Translations under genes and position numbers: made by a program
Shown here: positions 40,714 to 51,978 of the stretch, piece by piece
Layout of the letters: each line of letters begins with the position of its first letter
Numbering within the stretch: the first letter of the stretch is position 1
IMG/VR virus record: IMGVR_UViG_3300010149_000010
Direction: 5' to 3' (one strand)
Source of the DNA: a virus
Length of the DNA stretch: 64,000 nucleotides
The notes under the pieces: generated by a model
Database searches by the model: none
What the model was told of the DNA's origin: nothing
Seen by the model: the letters and a program-made list of their open reading frames with translations, nothing else

Positions 40714-41379
40714 ATGACATATATTTTTAATATAGTACTGTTTGCAGCTTATGCATACGCTGCTTATACATTGCATATTCAAACTCTTAGAAAAATAAAA
40801 TTACAAAAAAGAATAGACGCGCTTCTTTTTGAAAAAGAAGAGAACTTCACAAAAATTGAAGATTTTCAAAAAGAAATCAAATCCATGAAACTACTTGTTC
40901 AAAAGATTGAATCAGACCATAAGATTCAAATCCATGAAAATTATGAAATGAAACTTGAGAATAGCTCTTTGTTGAATAGGATTGAAGTCGCTCAGACTGA
41001 ACTCCACAATGAAAAGAAATTTCATCAGACAGAAATAAAAAAAGTCCAAAAAGAAACAAGAACTGACGCTCTGAAACGTTCCAGGTCAATATTGAGAGGC
41101 CAAGCTTCAGAACATCTCGCCCCTTATGTTGTCAAAGGTACTAACCCTAAAGATTACAGGTTTATGGGCAATCCTATAGACTATATTTGTTTTGACGGCC
41201 TCTCAGATATTATTGATGGCGTATCTTCTGAAATGAATTCAGTTCGATTTATAGATATAAAAACTGGAAAATCTTCCTTAAATAAAAGTCAAAGAAGAAT
41301 AAGAGACGCAATACTCGCCAGTAAGGTAACTTTTGAAGTTATAAATTTAGATGAAAATATTGATAATGAAAAAAAATAA
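40714..41379 (+). CDS. PD-(D/E)xK endonuclease of the Holliday-junction-resolvase-like family, with N-terminal TM and coiled coil
   Basis: RSRSILRGQ..EHLAP, RFMGNPIDYI.FDG, FIDIKTG.S.L...QRRIRD. Confidence 0.8.
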   Translation: MTYIFNIVLFAAYAYAAYTLHIQTLRKIKLQKRIDALLFEKEENFTKIEDFQKEIKSMKLLVQKIESDHKIQIHENYEMKLENSSLLNRIEVAQTELHNEKKFHQTEIKKVQKETRTDALKRSRSILRGQASEHLAPYVVKGTNPKDYRFMGNPIDYICFDGLSDIIDGVSSEMNSVRFIDIKTGKSSLNKSQRRIRDAILASKVTFEVINLDENIDNEKK

Positions 41380-41468
41380 ATTTGCTTACACGATTCATAA
41401 CCTTATAGCACATCCGCTCATGGAAATCTTCCATTTGTTAGGTATGAAAGAAACTGGAAATAAAATTC

Positions 41469-41936
41469 ATGACTACACTCTTCCCAGGAGTCACGAAAAG
41501 TAATACAGCTCCAATTCGCCAAAGTTGGGATGACTATTTTATGAGCATAGCCATTCAAGCGGCCACAAGATCTACTTGCCCCAGAAAGCAAGTAGGCTGC
41601 GTAATAGTGAAAGCTAAAGCAATTGTAGCTACTGGCTATAACGGCTCCCTTCCAGCACAAGCTCATTGCCATACCAATGGCTGTTTTTTGCAAGATTCTC
41701 ATTGCGTCCGTACAATACATGCAGAAACCAATGCAATCAATCAAGCTGCAAAAAATGGCATTTCTCTTAATGGCGCTACAATTTATTGCAATGTCGAACC
41801 TTGTTGGAACTGTTATAAAAACATTCTTAGCGTTGGTATTGATTCTATCTTCTTTCAAGAATCGTACGGATCTAAGCTTGCCATACACCAACAATGCATA
41901 TCACACAATCTTACCAAATATAAAAAAGTAAAATAA
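41469..41936 (+). CDS. dCMP deaminase family protein
   Basis: WDDYFM, RSTC...QVG, TGYNG, HAETNA, PCWNC. Confidence 0.92.
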   Translation: MTTLFPGVTKSNTAPIRQSWDDYFMSIAIQAATRSTCPRKQVGCVIVKAKAIVATGYNGSLPAQAHCHTNGCFLQDSHCVRTIHAETNAINQAAKNGISLNGATIYCNVEPCWNCYKNILSVGIDSIFFQESYGSKLAIHQQCISHNLTKYKKVK

Positions 41937-41969
41937 ATTTTTTTACTTTTTGAAAGTCCAGCAAAAAAA

Positions 41970-43054
41970 ATGCTTGTTACAAAAAAATGTATCTTAACTT
42001 TAAAGTTCAACACTTTAGATCTCAATGTAACTCAATCTCAATTAGACAGAGTTGATAATAGACATTCCACAGACGAATATATTCAAAACATAGTTCCACA
42101 ATTGTCTGCTTCAGAACGTGAATTTTTAATCACAGGAATAGTAGAAGACGTGTGGCAGGAACATTTTAAAGGTATAGAATGAAAACCACTAAAATTTTTA
42201 ACTTTTGCCTTGATGCTTTTCAAGCTGCAAAGTCACAATACCCTTATGATACTTCTGATGTTTGTGAATTTGCGCATAATCTACTTATAGAACTTCATCC
42301 TAAGGTCAATCATGACGTGCAAGACCCCGAAGGGGTCTTTCGATATACAGACTCGTCACAATTACTTTTTGATAAAATCTTTGAAGGGGTTGAATTAGCC
42401 TTGATTCAATCCGGCTTACAACGCGACCAAAATTCAACCTGGACGCTCGCCACAACATCTAATCAATCCCCCTTTCCTAAAAGGATATCAATTGAAAATC
42501 ATTGCTGAATACACGGAACCCAAGTATTATCATTATCGCAAGCTAGTAGGAATAAACACTTACGCAAATCGCTCCGAGCCAGACGGGTTTGAGACTAGAT
42601 ATATATACGCCCAAAGTATTGAAGAGTTAGCATTCATCATTAAGAATAAGACTTTTCGTAATTCACACGTCGGCTTGGGCCGACCAATGAGTCTATCCGA
42701 TTTAACAATCAAGATTGAAGAAGGATCTCATGAGTAATATACCTGATGATTGGCACCTTTATTGGAGGACTTGTGAAAACGGCCACCAATATCATGCTAG
42801 CGAAAATTACTGCGATAAATGCCCTGACACCGAAGAAAAAGAAGAAGATGAACATAACTAAATTTGATCCCATTTTAGGTAAAGACGTCACTATATATGT
42901 GCCAATTACTCAGGAAGAATACGCAGCTATTCTTTCTAGAACACACCCAATACAAAATATAGTTCCCAACCTTCCTTCAGCTTATAGAGAGTTCCTTATT
43001 TCAGGTATCTCTCCTCAAGGCTGGGAACTTTACGAATCTACTAATCAAAATTAA
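41970..43054 (+). other. Four small hypothetical ORFs (41970, 42179, 42492, 42746)
   Basis: 41970 and 42746 share IQNIVP.L....REFLI.GI; 42492 resembles 59133. Confidence 0.55.
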
Positions 43055-43119
43055 AAAATAAAAATTTTTTTTTACAAAAGCATTCAACTGAACAATCAAG
43101 AAATAAGCATCAAAACAAT

Positions 43120-44193
43120 ATGGCAAATAAAAAAATTACAGGCATACCTGAAATTGACATGATAGCAGCTTCCATTGCAAAGAAATTTGGTAAAGAAAAT
43201 ATAATGAGCTTGGGTCCCAGGTATGAAAAAGTGAAGCCTATTTCTACCGGTTCCATAAGTCTTGACGCTACACTTGGGGTCGGCGGCTTACCTAGCGACA
43301 GGGTGGTAGAAATTTATGGTCCTCCTTCTGCAGGAAAAACTTCTTTATGTCTGCAGATAGCTCATCAGTATGTCTCAAAGTTTGGTTATGATAGACCTCC
43401 AGTTTACATAGATCTAGAGAGAACAACAGGGCTTGATCTTGTTACATCTATGGGTCTTGAGTCAGAAAAAATGATTTTCTGTTATCCTGACACTGCAGAA
43501 GAAGCGTTGCAGCTCTGCCAAGACCTTGGCAAAACAGGCAAAGTAGGTGTGATAATTTTTGATTCCATCGATGCTGCTCAAAGTGAAAGAGACACTAAGC
43601 GTCTAATGAACGAAACAGGTGTTGGCGATTTGCCAAGACTTCTTTCTAAAGCTTTACGAGCAATATCAAAGATAAGTGTTGATAATGACTGCTTGTATCT
43701 CTTTATTAATCAAGTTCGCATTAACATTGGCGTAATGTACGGAAATCCAGAAACAACTTCAGGTGGCAATGCTATTCCATTCTATTCCTCTGTTAGGCTC
43801 AGAGTAAGTAGTAAACCTTCTAAAGATCTTGATGGCGCTATTGCCATGAAGGTTAAGATCGTAAAAAACAAAGTGGCCCCTGCTTTAAATAAAGTAGCTG
43901 AATTCGACTTTGTTTGTGGTGTTGGCACAGACCCCCACCTTGATCTTATCGGATACGCTAAAGATATAGGTTTAGTTAGGTTTGCTGGTTCTGCAGTAAA
44001 GTGGGAAAATCCAGAGACCAAAGAGCAAGAAACTTTATGTACTGGCGGTAAAAATGGGCTAAAAGATCTTCTGATTGACAGTCCACTTCATTACGACCAT
44101 TTTAAAAAATTATGTTTGAATCAAGAATCAAATTACATGGAAAATTTAAACAATGTGCAACAACCAGAACCACAACCGCAAGAGCAACCATAG
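43120..44193 (+). CDS. recA: RecA recombinase
   Basis: ISTGSISLD..LG.GGLP, EIYGPPSAGKT, DSI, FINQVR..IGVMYGNPETTSGGNA..FYSSVRL, KNKVAP. Confidence 0.95.
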   Translation: MANKKITGIPEIDMIAASIAKKFGKENIMSLGPRYEKVKPISTGSISLDATLGVGGLPSDRVVEIYGPPSAGKTSLCLQIAHQYVSKFGYDRPPVYIDLERTTGLDLVTSMGLESEKMIFCYPDTAEEALQLCQDLGKTGKVGVIIFDSIDAAQSERDTKRLMNETGVGDLPRLLSKALRAISKISVDNDCLYLFINQVRINIGVMYGNPETTSGGNAIPFYSSVRLRVSSKPSKDLDGAIAMKVKIVKNKVAPALNKVAEFDFVCGVGTDPHLDLIGYAKDIGLVRFAGSAVKWENPETKEQETLCTGGKNGLKDLLIDSPLHYDHFKKLCLNQESNYMENLNNVQQPEPQPQEQP

Positions 44194-44221
44194 AGCTTCA
44201 GCTCCTGCAGTTAATCTTGAG

Positions 44222-45508
44222 ATGAAAGAAGCACCAGCAAACGAAAACCCATATGTACACTTGCACGTACATACAGAGTATTCTTTGCTAGATGGTATTA
44301 ATAAAATTAAAAGACTTCCTCACTTTGTTAAAAATATGAATCAACCTGCTGTTGCTATGACTGATCATGGCAACATTTCAGGATGTTACAAGTTTTTTAA
44401 AGAGTGTAACAAAGCAAACATAAAACCTATTATTGGTATGGAAGCTTATTATGCAGTTAATGACAGAACGTTAAAAGAACCAGATGAACTTGGAAAAAGT
44501 TATTATCATTTAATCCTTATTGCTGAAAACAATGTTGGGTTGCACAACTTGATGAAACTTTCTTCAGATTCATACACTAGCGGTTTCTATAGGAAACCTA
44601 GGATTGATGACGCTTTGCTAGCAGATCATTCTGAAGGAATTATTGCTACCACTACTTGTCTCGGAAGCAGAGCTAGTCAACTGATATTAAATAATGAAAT
44701 TACAGCTGCTGAAAAACTAATACACCATCACAAAGCCATCTTTAAAGATAAATTTATCATAGAGTTGCAACTTCATAGAGACCATGAGCAACAAGAAGTC
44801 AATAAGGTCTTGCAAAGGATTGCTCTAGACAACGACTTCCCAATGATCGTTACAAATGATTGTCATTACGCTTATGAGCATGACAAGATGCATCACGAAG
44901 CAGCTCTATGTATGCAGACAAAAACTACTTTATCCAATCCTAAAAGATTCACTTTTGGCGAAATTAACGTCCATATGGCGAGTCATGACTGGATGTGGAA
45001 CGAAGCAAAAAATCAAAATATGCCTTATGATGTTATTAGTAATACTAAAACTTTAGCAGACATGATAGATAGCGATTCCTATTTTATGGATCGCATGAAC
45101 CGTTACCCTAAATACAAAGACCTTCCAGAAGGTTTTACTGATATTGATTTTCTTGCTTTAGAAAGTCAACATGGGTTATTTGACCGTTTCAAAGAAATGC
45201 CTCCTGAGATTTACCAGCAAAGACTTACCTATGAGTTGAGTGTTATCAAAAAAATGGGTTTTGCAGATTACTTATTAATTGTTTCTCAATTCATGAAGGG
45301 TGCAAAAGAAAGAGGCGTTCTTCACGGACCTGGTCGCGGCTCTGCCGCAGGCTCTCTCATAGCTTATGCTTTGGGCATTACAGAAGTTGACCCTATTAAG
45401 TACGGTTTAATTTTTGAAAGATTTTTAAACGAAGGTCGCGGTGCCACACCGCTCATTTTTAACAAACACATGGCTGCTCTTGCAGACAATAGCGACAAAC
45501 CTTTTTGA
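44222..45508 (+). CDS. dnaE: DNA polymerase III alpha, fragment 1 (PHP domain and start of the palm; stops before the catalytic DxD)
   Basis: HLHVHTEYSLLDG, TDHGN, TNDCHY, GPGRGSAAGSL.AY.LGIT.VDP.KYGL.FERFLN, then a stop codon. Confidence 0.92.
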   Translation: MKEAPANENPYVHLHVHTEYSLLDGINKIKRLPHFVKNMNQPAVAMTDHGNISGCYKFFKECNKANIKPIIGMEAYYAVNDRTLKEPDELGKSYYHLILIAENNVGLHNLMKLSSDSYTSGFYRKPRIDDALLADHSEGIIATTTCLGSRASQLILNNEITAAEKLIHHHKAIFKDKFIIELQLHRDHEQQEVNKVLQRIALDNDFPMIVTNDCHYAYEHDKMHHEAALCMQTKTTLSNPKRFTFGEINVHMASHDWMWNEAKNQNMPYDVISNTKTLADMIDSDSYFMDRMNRYPKYKDLPEGFTDIDFLALESQHGLFDRFKEMPPEIYQQRLTYELSVIKKMGFADYLLIVSQFMKGAKERGVLHGPGRGSAAGSLIAYALGITEVDPIKYGLIFERFLNEGRGATPLIFNKHMAALADNSDKPF

Positions 45509-45520
45509 AAGAGATTCACA

Positions 45521-46842
45521 ATGAAAACACAATTCAATAAAGAAGAAAAATACATTCAAGAAATTGCGACTAAGATTCGCAATTCTGGCAATACTACAAT
45601 GATCAATCTTTATGCAGTAATGAACAAGAATACGGGCCTTGTAATCAATTACAAAAACATTTCTTTTTACACAACTAGAAAATCTGCAAGAAGAATTAGG
45701 CTTGAGCTTTTACAAAATGGCTCCCACCTTCCTAAAGATGTAAAAATTGTTCAAGCTCAATTCGTAAATGTTGATGCTTGGAAAACTGCAAAATGAAGGA
45801 GCACTTAGTGCCTAAGTTTTGGCACTCCAACTCTTCCGCTAATTCTACCTCTGGATCTTTTTCTACCGATGGCCGCTACCTTTATTCTGGCAAAAAGGTA
45901 ATAGGCCACACTGATACTCGTGGTCAAAAGATCTTGTACAATTACACAAAAAAAGGTGGCGCTTTTATTTCTGCCTTAGTTAGCAGACACGTCAATCTGT
46001 CAATATTTTACGCAGACACTCTTGTAAAGGTAACTGATGCTTAATGACCAGAGCGCAGAAGCGCAGAACTTTTTAGAAAAGCATGTTCATGCTAGAGCTA
46101 ATCTTTTAATTAAAGAGCTTTTAGAAAAGGGTCAAAGAGATTGGGACCTCACTTCTCAACAATGGTATGAAGACTTATTCTGTCAATATGAGGAAGATTT
46201 CGACATTTGGAAAGTAGACGAAGATTACGAAGGTACAAACTATTGCCCTCCCGAACCAGACCCCAAAGTAAGAGAACCTTTTGAATTTTGGATTGTTAGC
46301 GATTATTTTGCTAACAAACTCAAAGACAATGGCCACTTGGTTACAAACCACTGGGGCTTTTGGATTTGGGGTAGAGAAACTACTGGCCAATCCATATTAA
46401 TAGACTATGTTTTTCAAAAAATATGGGAAAGTTACAACAATCCTCAATGACCTCCCTCAATGAGTCCTTTATAAAGTCAAATATAAAATCTTGTATAACT
46501 TACATGGTTTATAGAATCTACACAAACGCTTGCAAGAGTAAAATTCCTGAAGATATTCTTTGGTTTTCTGAACTATATTTAAAACCTCGCACTCAAGAGT
46601 CTACGGCGCTTCCCTCTTATGAGAATTATTCTCCCTACACCGATTACCCTTCTTTGAGAAAGCCTCTTGCTTTTTATGTTGTTTCTGATTTTTTTGCCAA
46701 AAAATTAATTCTTCAAGATGCTTTAATTACTGATCATTTTGGTTTCTGGATTTGGGGTCGAGAAACAAACCCTCTAATACCTTTAAGGCAAGATAGCCTT
46801 ATCAATAAGATCGCATCAGAAGATTCTATTCTTTGCAAATGA
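45521..46842 (+). other. Four small ORFs; 46037 and 46423 are tandem paralogues
   Basis: Shared R.P..F..VSD.FA.KL......T.H.GFWIWGRET. Confidence 0.6.
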
Positions 46843-46922
46843 ACTTGTAATGAAAATATAAATTTTGCAATTTAAGACTTTTGCTACCAACCCTTCTTTT
46901 ATATTTATACATAAGACAAAAA

Positions 46923-49457
46923 ATGACCCATTTATTTAATGCAGAAAAAGACGTTGAAGTTTTTTTTCGCAACATTTTACAAAAACAAACAGCAGCTAAC
47001 TTTATTACTGCAAAAGGTAAGGGTTGGCAAACCGACGGTATTATTGAATGGCAAGGTCCAAATAATACTATCTCACTTTTACTAGAAGCTAAATTTAATA
47101 AAGATTTAACAGATGTAAAAAACCGTTCTATTGTTTTAGCTCAAGTGTTGTATTATTACAATCGACTTAAAGAAGAAGGCAAATCTTTGCCCAACTTTAT
47201 TCTCGTTGGTGACGATGCTTACTCTTTTGTGATACCTTTCAATTCTATCGAGTTCTATTTAGATTCTGAAGTTGATTGGTCAAGACCTCCTAGTAACCCA
47301 GATCCTGAGCTTAAAATCGAGTTAGATGTTTTTCTTTACAAAACTTCTGAACTTACAGGATTAGAACTAAAACTACATTGCGAAAATCTTTCTCAAGACA
47401 CAGTTACAAAAACTAAACCCTCAAAAGAAAATCTTTCTCAAATGTATCAATACTGGGTTGACCATATCTTCCCTAAAGATAAATACTCTTCTGTTGAAAG
47501 GGCGCACATCTTTTATAATTGTATCTGTTATTCTGAAACAGACGACAATTGTGCTTACTTGCACCCAACTAAAAAAAACATATTAGTAATAGACTCTAAA
47601 GAATATCAAATATCTCTATCGGCAACAAATGGTTTTTTTGATAAAGTTCAAAGAGGTTTGCCTGCTATTGAAATTGACGAACTTGTTTCAATGAGAGACA
47701 GGATTATTGAAGACGACACCCGTCGTCGTCAAGGCGTCTTTTATACACCGACTTTATGGGTAGATGAAGCTAACTCTCAAATAGATGAAGTACTTGGCGA
47801 AACATGGCGTGACGATTGTATCGTTTGGGACTGTTGCGCAGGCACTGGCAATTTAACCCGCGACTATCAATTTGCAAACCTTATTCTTTCTACAGCAGAG
47901 CTAACGGACATTCAAGTTATCAAAAGAGAAGATTATAATGAAGGAGCACAAATCTTTCAGTACGACTTTCTAAATCCTGAATCACACAGTCCATTCTTTG
48001 ACGGAACTGACAATGTGCTTCCACTTTCAGTGAAGAAACTCTTAAAAGAGGGTGCAAAAAATGGAAAAAGGTTGGTATTTCTGATCAACCCTCCCTATGC
48101 AGAAGACGGTATTGCAGGAGCAAAAGGTGAAACCCGAAAAGGTGTAGCATCAAAAACCCTTGTCAATAACACCATGCCCAAATTAGGTAGGGCGAATCGA
48201 CAACTATACACTCAGTTTCTTTACCAGTGTGAGCAACTAGCTTCACATTATGGGTTCAAGAAAAAAACCATAGGAGTATTTTGCAATCCCAATTTTATAA
48301 CTTCAGCTTCTTTCTTTAAATTTCGAACTTTTTGGTACGATCGTTATTCTTATTATTCAGGCTTTATGTTTCAAGCCTCTCATTTTGCAGATGTCAGTGA
48401 TAGGTGGGGTATAACCTTTACTATCTGGAATGAGGGTGTTACTGAAGCTAACCAAGACCTTCCCTTCACTCTGAAAGATACGATAGAAGAAAGCGTTATT
48501 TCTCTTGGAGAAAAAAACTTATACTCGGCAAAGGGCAGAGAGGCCTCTGTTTGGGTGTCTGCTCTTTCTTCGAAGCCATCAGTTATTGATACACCTAAAT
48601 TTTCTAGCGGACTAAAAACAAAAGAAGTGCTAGGGAATGATAAAGGTATGATTCTTAATAGTCTAGGGATCATGTGTAACAAAGGAAATAACTTTGTAGA
48701 TTCCACTACAGGCGTAGCTCTATTAAGTGGGAAACCTACAGATAAAGGCAGATGCAATTTTGATCTTACAATAGGCGAAACTTGGCGTAGAACTATCGCA
48801 CTTTTTTCAACACGAAAACTCGTAAAGAGTAGTTGGACAAACCAAAAAGACGAATATCTAGCACCTCAGGTTGAAAAAGAAGGCTACGAGCAGTGGGTAG
48901 ACGACTGCCACGTTTATGCTTTACTTCATACTTCTAACAACATGACCTCCATGAGAGATGTTGAGTATAAAGGTAAAGCTCATAACATCCACAACCATTT
49001 CTTTTGGTTGACTCGTAAAGAAGCTCTTGATCTTTATGGAACTAATCGTGAAACAAGAAGCCTTTATAGAGACGCAAAAAGAAACTCAATACCTTTTGTC
49101 CTTCAAACGAAAGACGGAGTAGACATCACGCCTCAATGGCGTAAAAATGGCGACCCCTATTTTTCTTCTATACTTCCTGATTTAAATCTCTCACCTTTGG
49201 CTTTAGAAATACTTCAAAACCTTAACGATCTTTTTTTAGAAAGCCTACCTTTAAGAAAACAAACCACCCACGTAAATGAAAAAGGCACTTCCATAAAGCT
49301 TCATCTAGAAGCTTGGGACGCAGGCGTTTATCAGCATAAAAAACTCTGGTACACAAGCCCTGCTCTAAAGGCCAAATGGGAACTGATACGTCTCAAGCAT
49401 TCACGTTTAGCAAACCAGCTCCAACCTGGCGTATATAAATATGGGTTCTTAAAATAA
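46923..49457 (+). CDS. Fused restriction-modification-like enzyme (N-terminal PD-(D/E)xK nuclease plus amino-methyltransferase; Type IIG/IIL-like)
   Basis: TDGII...LLEAK nuclease motif; G.FYTP, WDCCAGTGNL (motif I), YDFL, INPPY (motif IV). Confidence 0.75.
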   Translation: MTHLFNAEKDVEVFFRNILQKQTAANFITAKGKGWQTDGIIEWQGPNNTISLLLEAKFNKDLTDVKNRSIVLAQVLYYYNRLKEEGKSLPNFILVGDDAYSFVIPFNSIEFYLDSEVDWSRPPSNPDPELKIELDVFLYKTSELTGLELKLHCENLSQDTVTKTKPSKENLSQMYQYWVDHIFPKDKYSSVERAHIFYNCICYSETDDNCAYLHPTKKNILVIDSKEYQISLSATNGFFDKVQRGLPAIEIDELVSMRDRIIEDDTRRRQGVFYTPTLWVDEANSQIDEVLGETWRDDCIVWDCCAGTGNLTRDYQFANLILSTAELTDIQVIKREDYNEGAQIFQYDFLNPESHSPFFDGTDNVLPLSVKKLLKEGAKNGKRLVFLINPPYAEDGIAGAKGETRKGVASKTLVNNTMPKLGRANRQLYTQFLYQCEQLASHYGFKKKTIGVFCNPNFITSASFFKFRTFWYDRYSYYSGFMFQASHFADVSDRWGITFTIWNEGVTEANQDLPFTLKDTIEESVISLGEKNLYSAKGREASVWVSALSSKPSVIDTPKFSSGLKTKEVLGNDKGMILNSLGIMCNKGNNFVDSTTGVALLSGKPTDKGRCNFDLTIGETWRRTIALFSTRKLVKSSWTNQKDEYLAPQVEKEGYEQWVDDCHVYALLHTSNNMTSMRDVEYKGKAHNIHNHFFWLTRKEALDLYGTNRETRSLYRDAKRNSIPFVLQTKDGVDITPQWRKNGDPYFSSILPDLNLSPLALEILQNLNDLFLESLPLRKQTTHVNEKGTSIKLHLEAWDAGVYQHKKLWYTSPALKAKWELIRLKHSRLANQLQPGVYKYGFLK

Positions 49458-49528
49458 CCCTAACAACCATTTTTACATCTACGTACAGTAGGTAACATCC
49501 ACCTTCTAAACATTAGGGCTCCTTACAT

Positions 49529-51136
49529 ATGGATCAAAAAAGAAAAAAAATATTACAAAGCATAGACTCTTTTATAATAGACACAAGATATAATCAAGTC
49601 GATCCAGATTATTTAGAATTTGAAATTAAAATGTCTTCTATTGAAGATTTGGAAAGAATGAACAGCTGTTTAATTAACGGTGCTTATTCTAAAAACGAAA
49701 CCTTCTTCAACCATAATCCTCATAATAGTATCTTACTTTATGTTACCGGCTTAACGTCTGAATTTGACTTTAAAAAAGCTCGATCAGACACTATCGGAGG
49801 CAGCCCCCCAGATATCGACATAGACCATGATGCTTTAGACCGTGAGACTGCAATTGACTGGTGTATTGACTATTGGGGTCAAGATAATGTTGCTAATATT
49901 ATTACTCATGGAACATTTAAACCTAAATCTTTAGCGAGAAGTTTCTATAGAATTACTGACGGTGATACGAATCACCTTTCAGAACTCTTAGATTATATTC
50001 CTCCACCTAAATTTGGAAAAGAATCAACTCTTGAAGAAATTCTAGATCAACATCCAGAACTAGAAGAAACTGAAAAGTTTTCTGAGTTTTTACATTTTGC
50101 AGACAGAATAGAGGGCATGGTGTCCAACTTTGGTATTCACGCCGCAGGATTGATTATATCCGACAACCCAATAAAAAACACTGTACCCCTTTGGAAAAAT
50201 AAGAAATCTGAAAGAATAACTCAGTTTGACAAAGACGAATGTGAAGAACTTGGGCTTATTAAGTTCGATTTCTTAGGCATTGACACTCTCTCTATTGTTA
50301 AAGAATGTACTAAACTTATTTATGACAATCACGAAATTCAATTAAACCCATACGCAATTCCTGATTTTGATACAGAAACTTATTTAACTTTAGAAAAAGG
50401 TTTGCTTACTGGGGTTTTTCAAATGGAAACTTCAGGTATGGCCAAGGAATTGATTATAAAAATCAAACCTAAATCTATAGAAGATTTATCTGCTATTTCT
50501 GCTTTAAATCGACCAGGACCGCTTCAAGCTGGCCTTGACAAACAGTACATTTTGAACAAATACAACAATTTTGCTCCTGAAGATCTTCCTGATCCCGTTG
50601 CAGAAATACTTAAAAACTCTTACTGGACTCTTGTTTACCAAGAGCAAGTGATGGAAATTTGTTCCAAAATCGCAGGTTTTACTCCTAAAGAATCTGATGA
50701 TATTAGACGTGCAATGGGCAAAAAAAAGGTTGAGGTTTTGAATGTTTATAAAACTCAATTTATAAGTGGTTGCATCAATACTGGCGGTTTGTCCGAAACG
50801 TACAGTAATGAACTTTGGGATAACCTTGTTGGGTTTGCTGATTACTGTCTAGCAGCGACTACTAAAATCAATACTTCTCAAGGAGTTTTGACAATTAAAG
50901 ACATCGTTGATAACAAAATGCAAGTCGAAATCACTTCGTACAACAAAGTTACTGATACAAAATATTCACAGCAAGTAACCCAATGGCACGAAAGAGGCAT
51001 TCAAGATGTGTTTAAATATACTCTTAAAGATGGCTCTGAAATCAAAGCTACTGAAGATCATAAATTTTTAACAAATGATAACGAAATGCTTGAAATCGAG
51101 ACCATCTATAAACGAAACTTACAATTAAAAAAGTAA
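49529..51136 (+). CDS. dnaE: DNA polymerase III alpha, fragment 2 (catalytic palm/fingers) fused to a split-intein N-half
   Basis: PDIDID, GIHAAG, GLIKFDFLG, GVFQME, ALNRPGP, YQEQVM, RRAMGKK, FADY, then intein CLAATT... Confidence 0.93.
   Translation: MDQKRKKILQSIDSFIIDTRYNQVDPDYLEFEIKMSSIEDLERMNSCLINGAYSKNETFFNHNPHNSILLYVTGLTSEFDFKKARSDTIGGSPPDIDIDHDALDRETAIDWCIDYWGQDNVANIITHGTFKPKSLARSFYRITDGDTNHLSELLDYIPPPKFGKESTLEEILDQHPELEETEKFSEFLHFADRIEGMVSNFGIHAAGLIISDNPIKNTVPLWKNKKSERITQFDKDECEELGLIKFDFLGIDTLSIVKECTKLIYDNHEIQLNPYAIPDFDTETYLTLEKGLLTGVFQMETSGMAKELIIKIKPKSIEDLSAISALNRPGPLQAGLDKQYILNKYNNFAPEDLPDPVAEILKNSYWTLVYQEQVMEICSKIAGFTPKESDDIRRAMGKKKVEVLNVYKTQFISGCINTGGLSETYSNELWDNLVGFADYCLAATTKINTSQGVLTIKDIVDNKMQVEITSYNKVTDTKYSQQVTQWHERGIQDVFKYTLKDGSEIKATEDHKFLTNDNEMLEIETIYKRNLQLKK
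50846..51136 (+). other. Split intein N-fragment (96 aa)
   Basis: CL...T.I.T..G...I..IV...QWHERG.Q.VF.Y.L.DGS.I.AT.DHKF.T...ML.I..I..R.L.L, closely matching cyanobacterial DnaE-N inteins. Confidence 0.92.
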
Positions 51137-51147
51137 AAGGATTCTTT

Positions 51148-51967
51148 ATGACTACGCATTCTACAAATTCCTCTCACTCTACCTTTATAAAAGACAGCAA
51201 TGTATCTATAGATGTCCTCAATGTTAACAAAACAAGCACTCATGAAGAAATCATACGATCTCTACCTTCATACCATGATATAGATTCAACGTTATTCCAA
51301 GATGGAAATACCATAGCTTTGACGCCTCCAGTCGATCCAGCTCATGCACAAAACTCCATGTTTTTTGTAGATGGTGTTTCTTTGTCCAGGGTAGAGTCTG
51401 AACAATCTGTTCAGCAAGGTTATTATTTAACCCCAGATGGGTTGCATTTAACGTTAACTGCTTTTGAAGACTTAGTCTCAAAACAGATTCATGCATTGTA
51501 TACTCATCAGTCATAATGTTATATTAAATTCAAAACAATAACTTCAATTTTGCAACTTGCAGGAGGTAATTATGACTGTTGTGTACCCCGGCTTAGTAAA
51601 TATAGACGGCTCTACAATTACTGTCAATACGGTAAACGTTTATGACGATAACCAAAGAACTTATACTTACGACCTAACTGATCAGATTCCTCAATGGCAA
51701 TCTTTTTCTGAGCTCTCTCTAGAGGATGAAATCTTAGCTCAAGATTTTTTAAAAACTATCAATCTGCCTTCTTCAGCAAGAATCAACACTCTTATAATAA
51801 TTCTAGACGGTTTGACACTGTCGCCCCAGCTTTCACCTGGCTCTCCTGGTGATTATAAAGTTATCAATTCAACTACACTTGAGTTGTTGTGGCCTGACAA
51901 TCAACTGCCTCGAATGCACAGTGAGACTGATACTCCAGTCTTACTCGCTCGTTATACTCTGGCTTAA
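51148..51967 (+). other. Two small putative structural-accessory proteins (51148..51516; 51557..51967)
   Basis: Both carry a '..DG..L....G..Y' pattern and precede the fibre genes. Confidence 0.45.
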
Positions 51968-51978
51968 GGATTTAAAAA

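Noticed and set aside
45400-49800. Self-splicing intron or frameshift rejoining dnaE fragments 1 and 2
   Set aside because: The interval is filled with ordinary ORFs, shows no intron core, and fragment 2 has its own start and N-terminal region.
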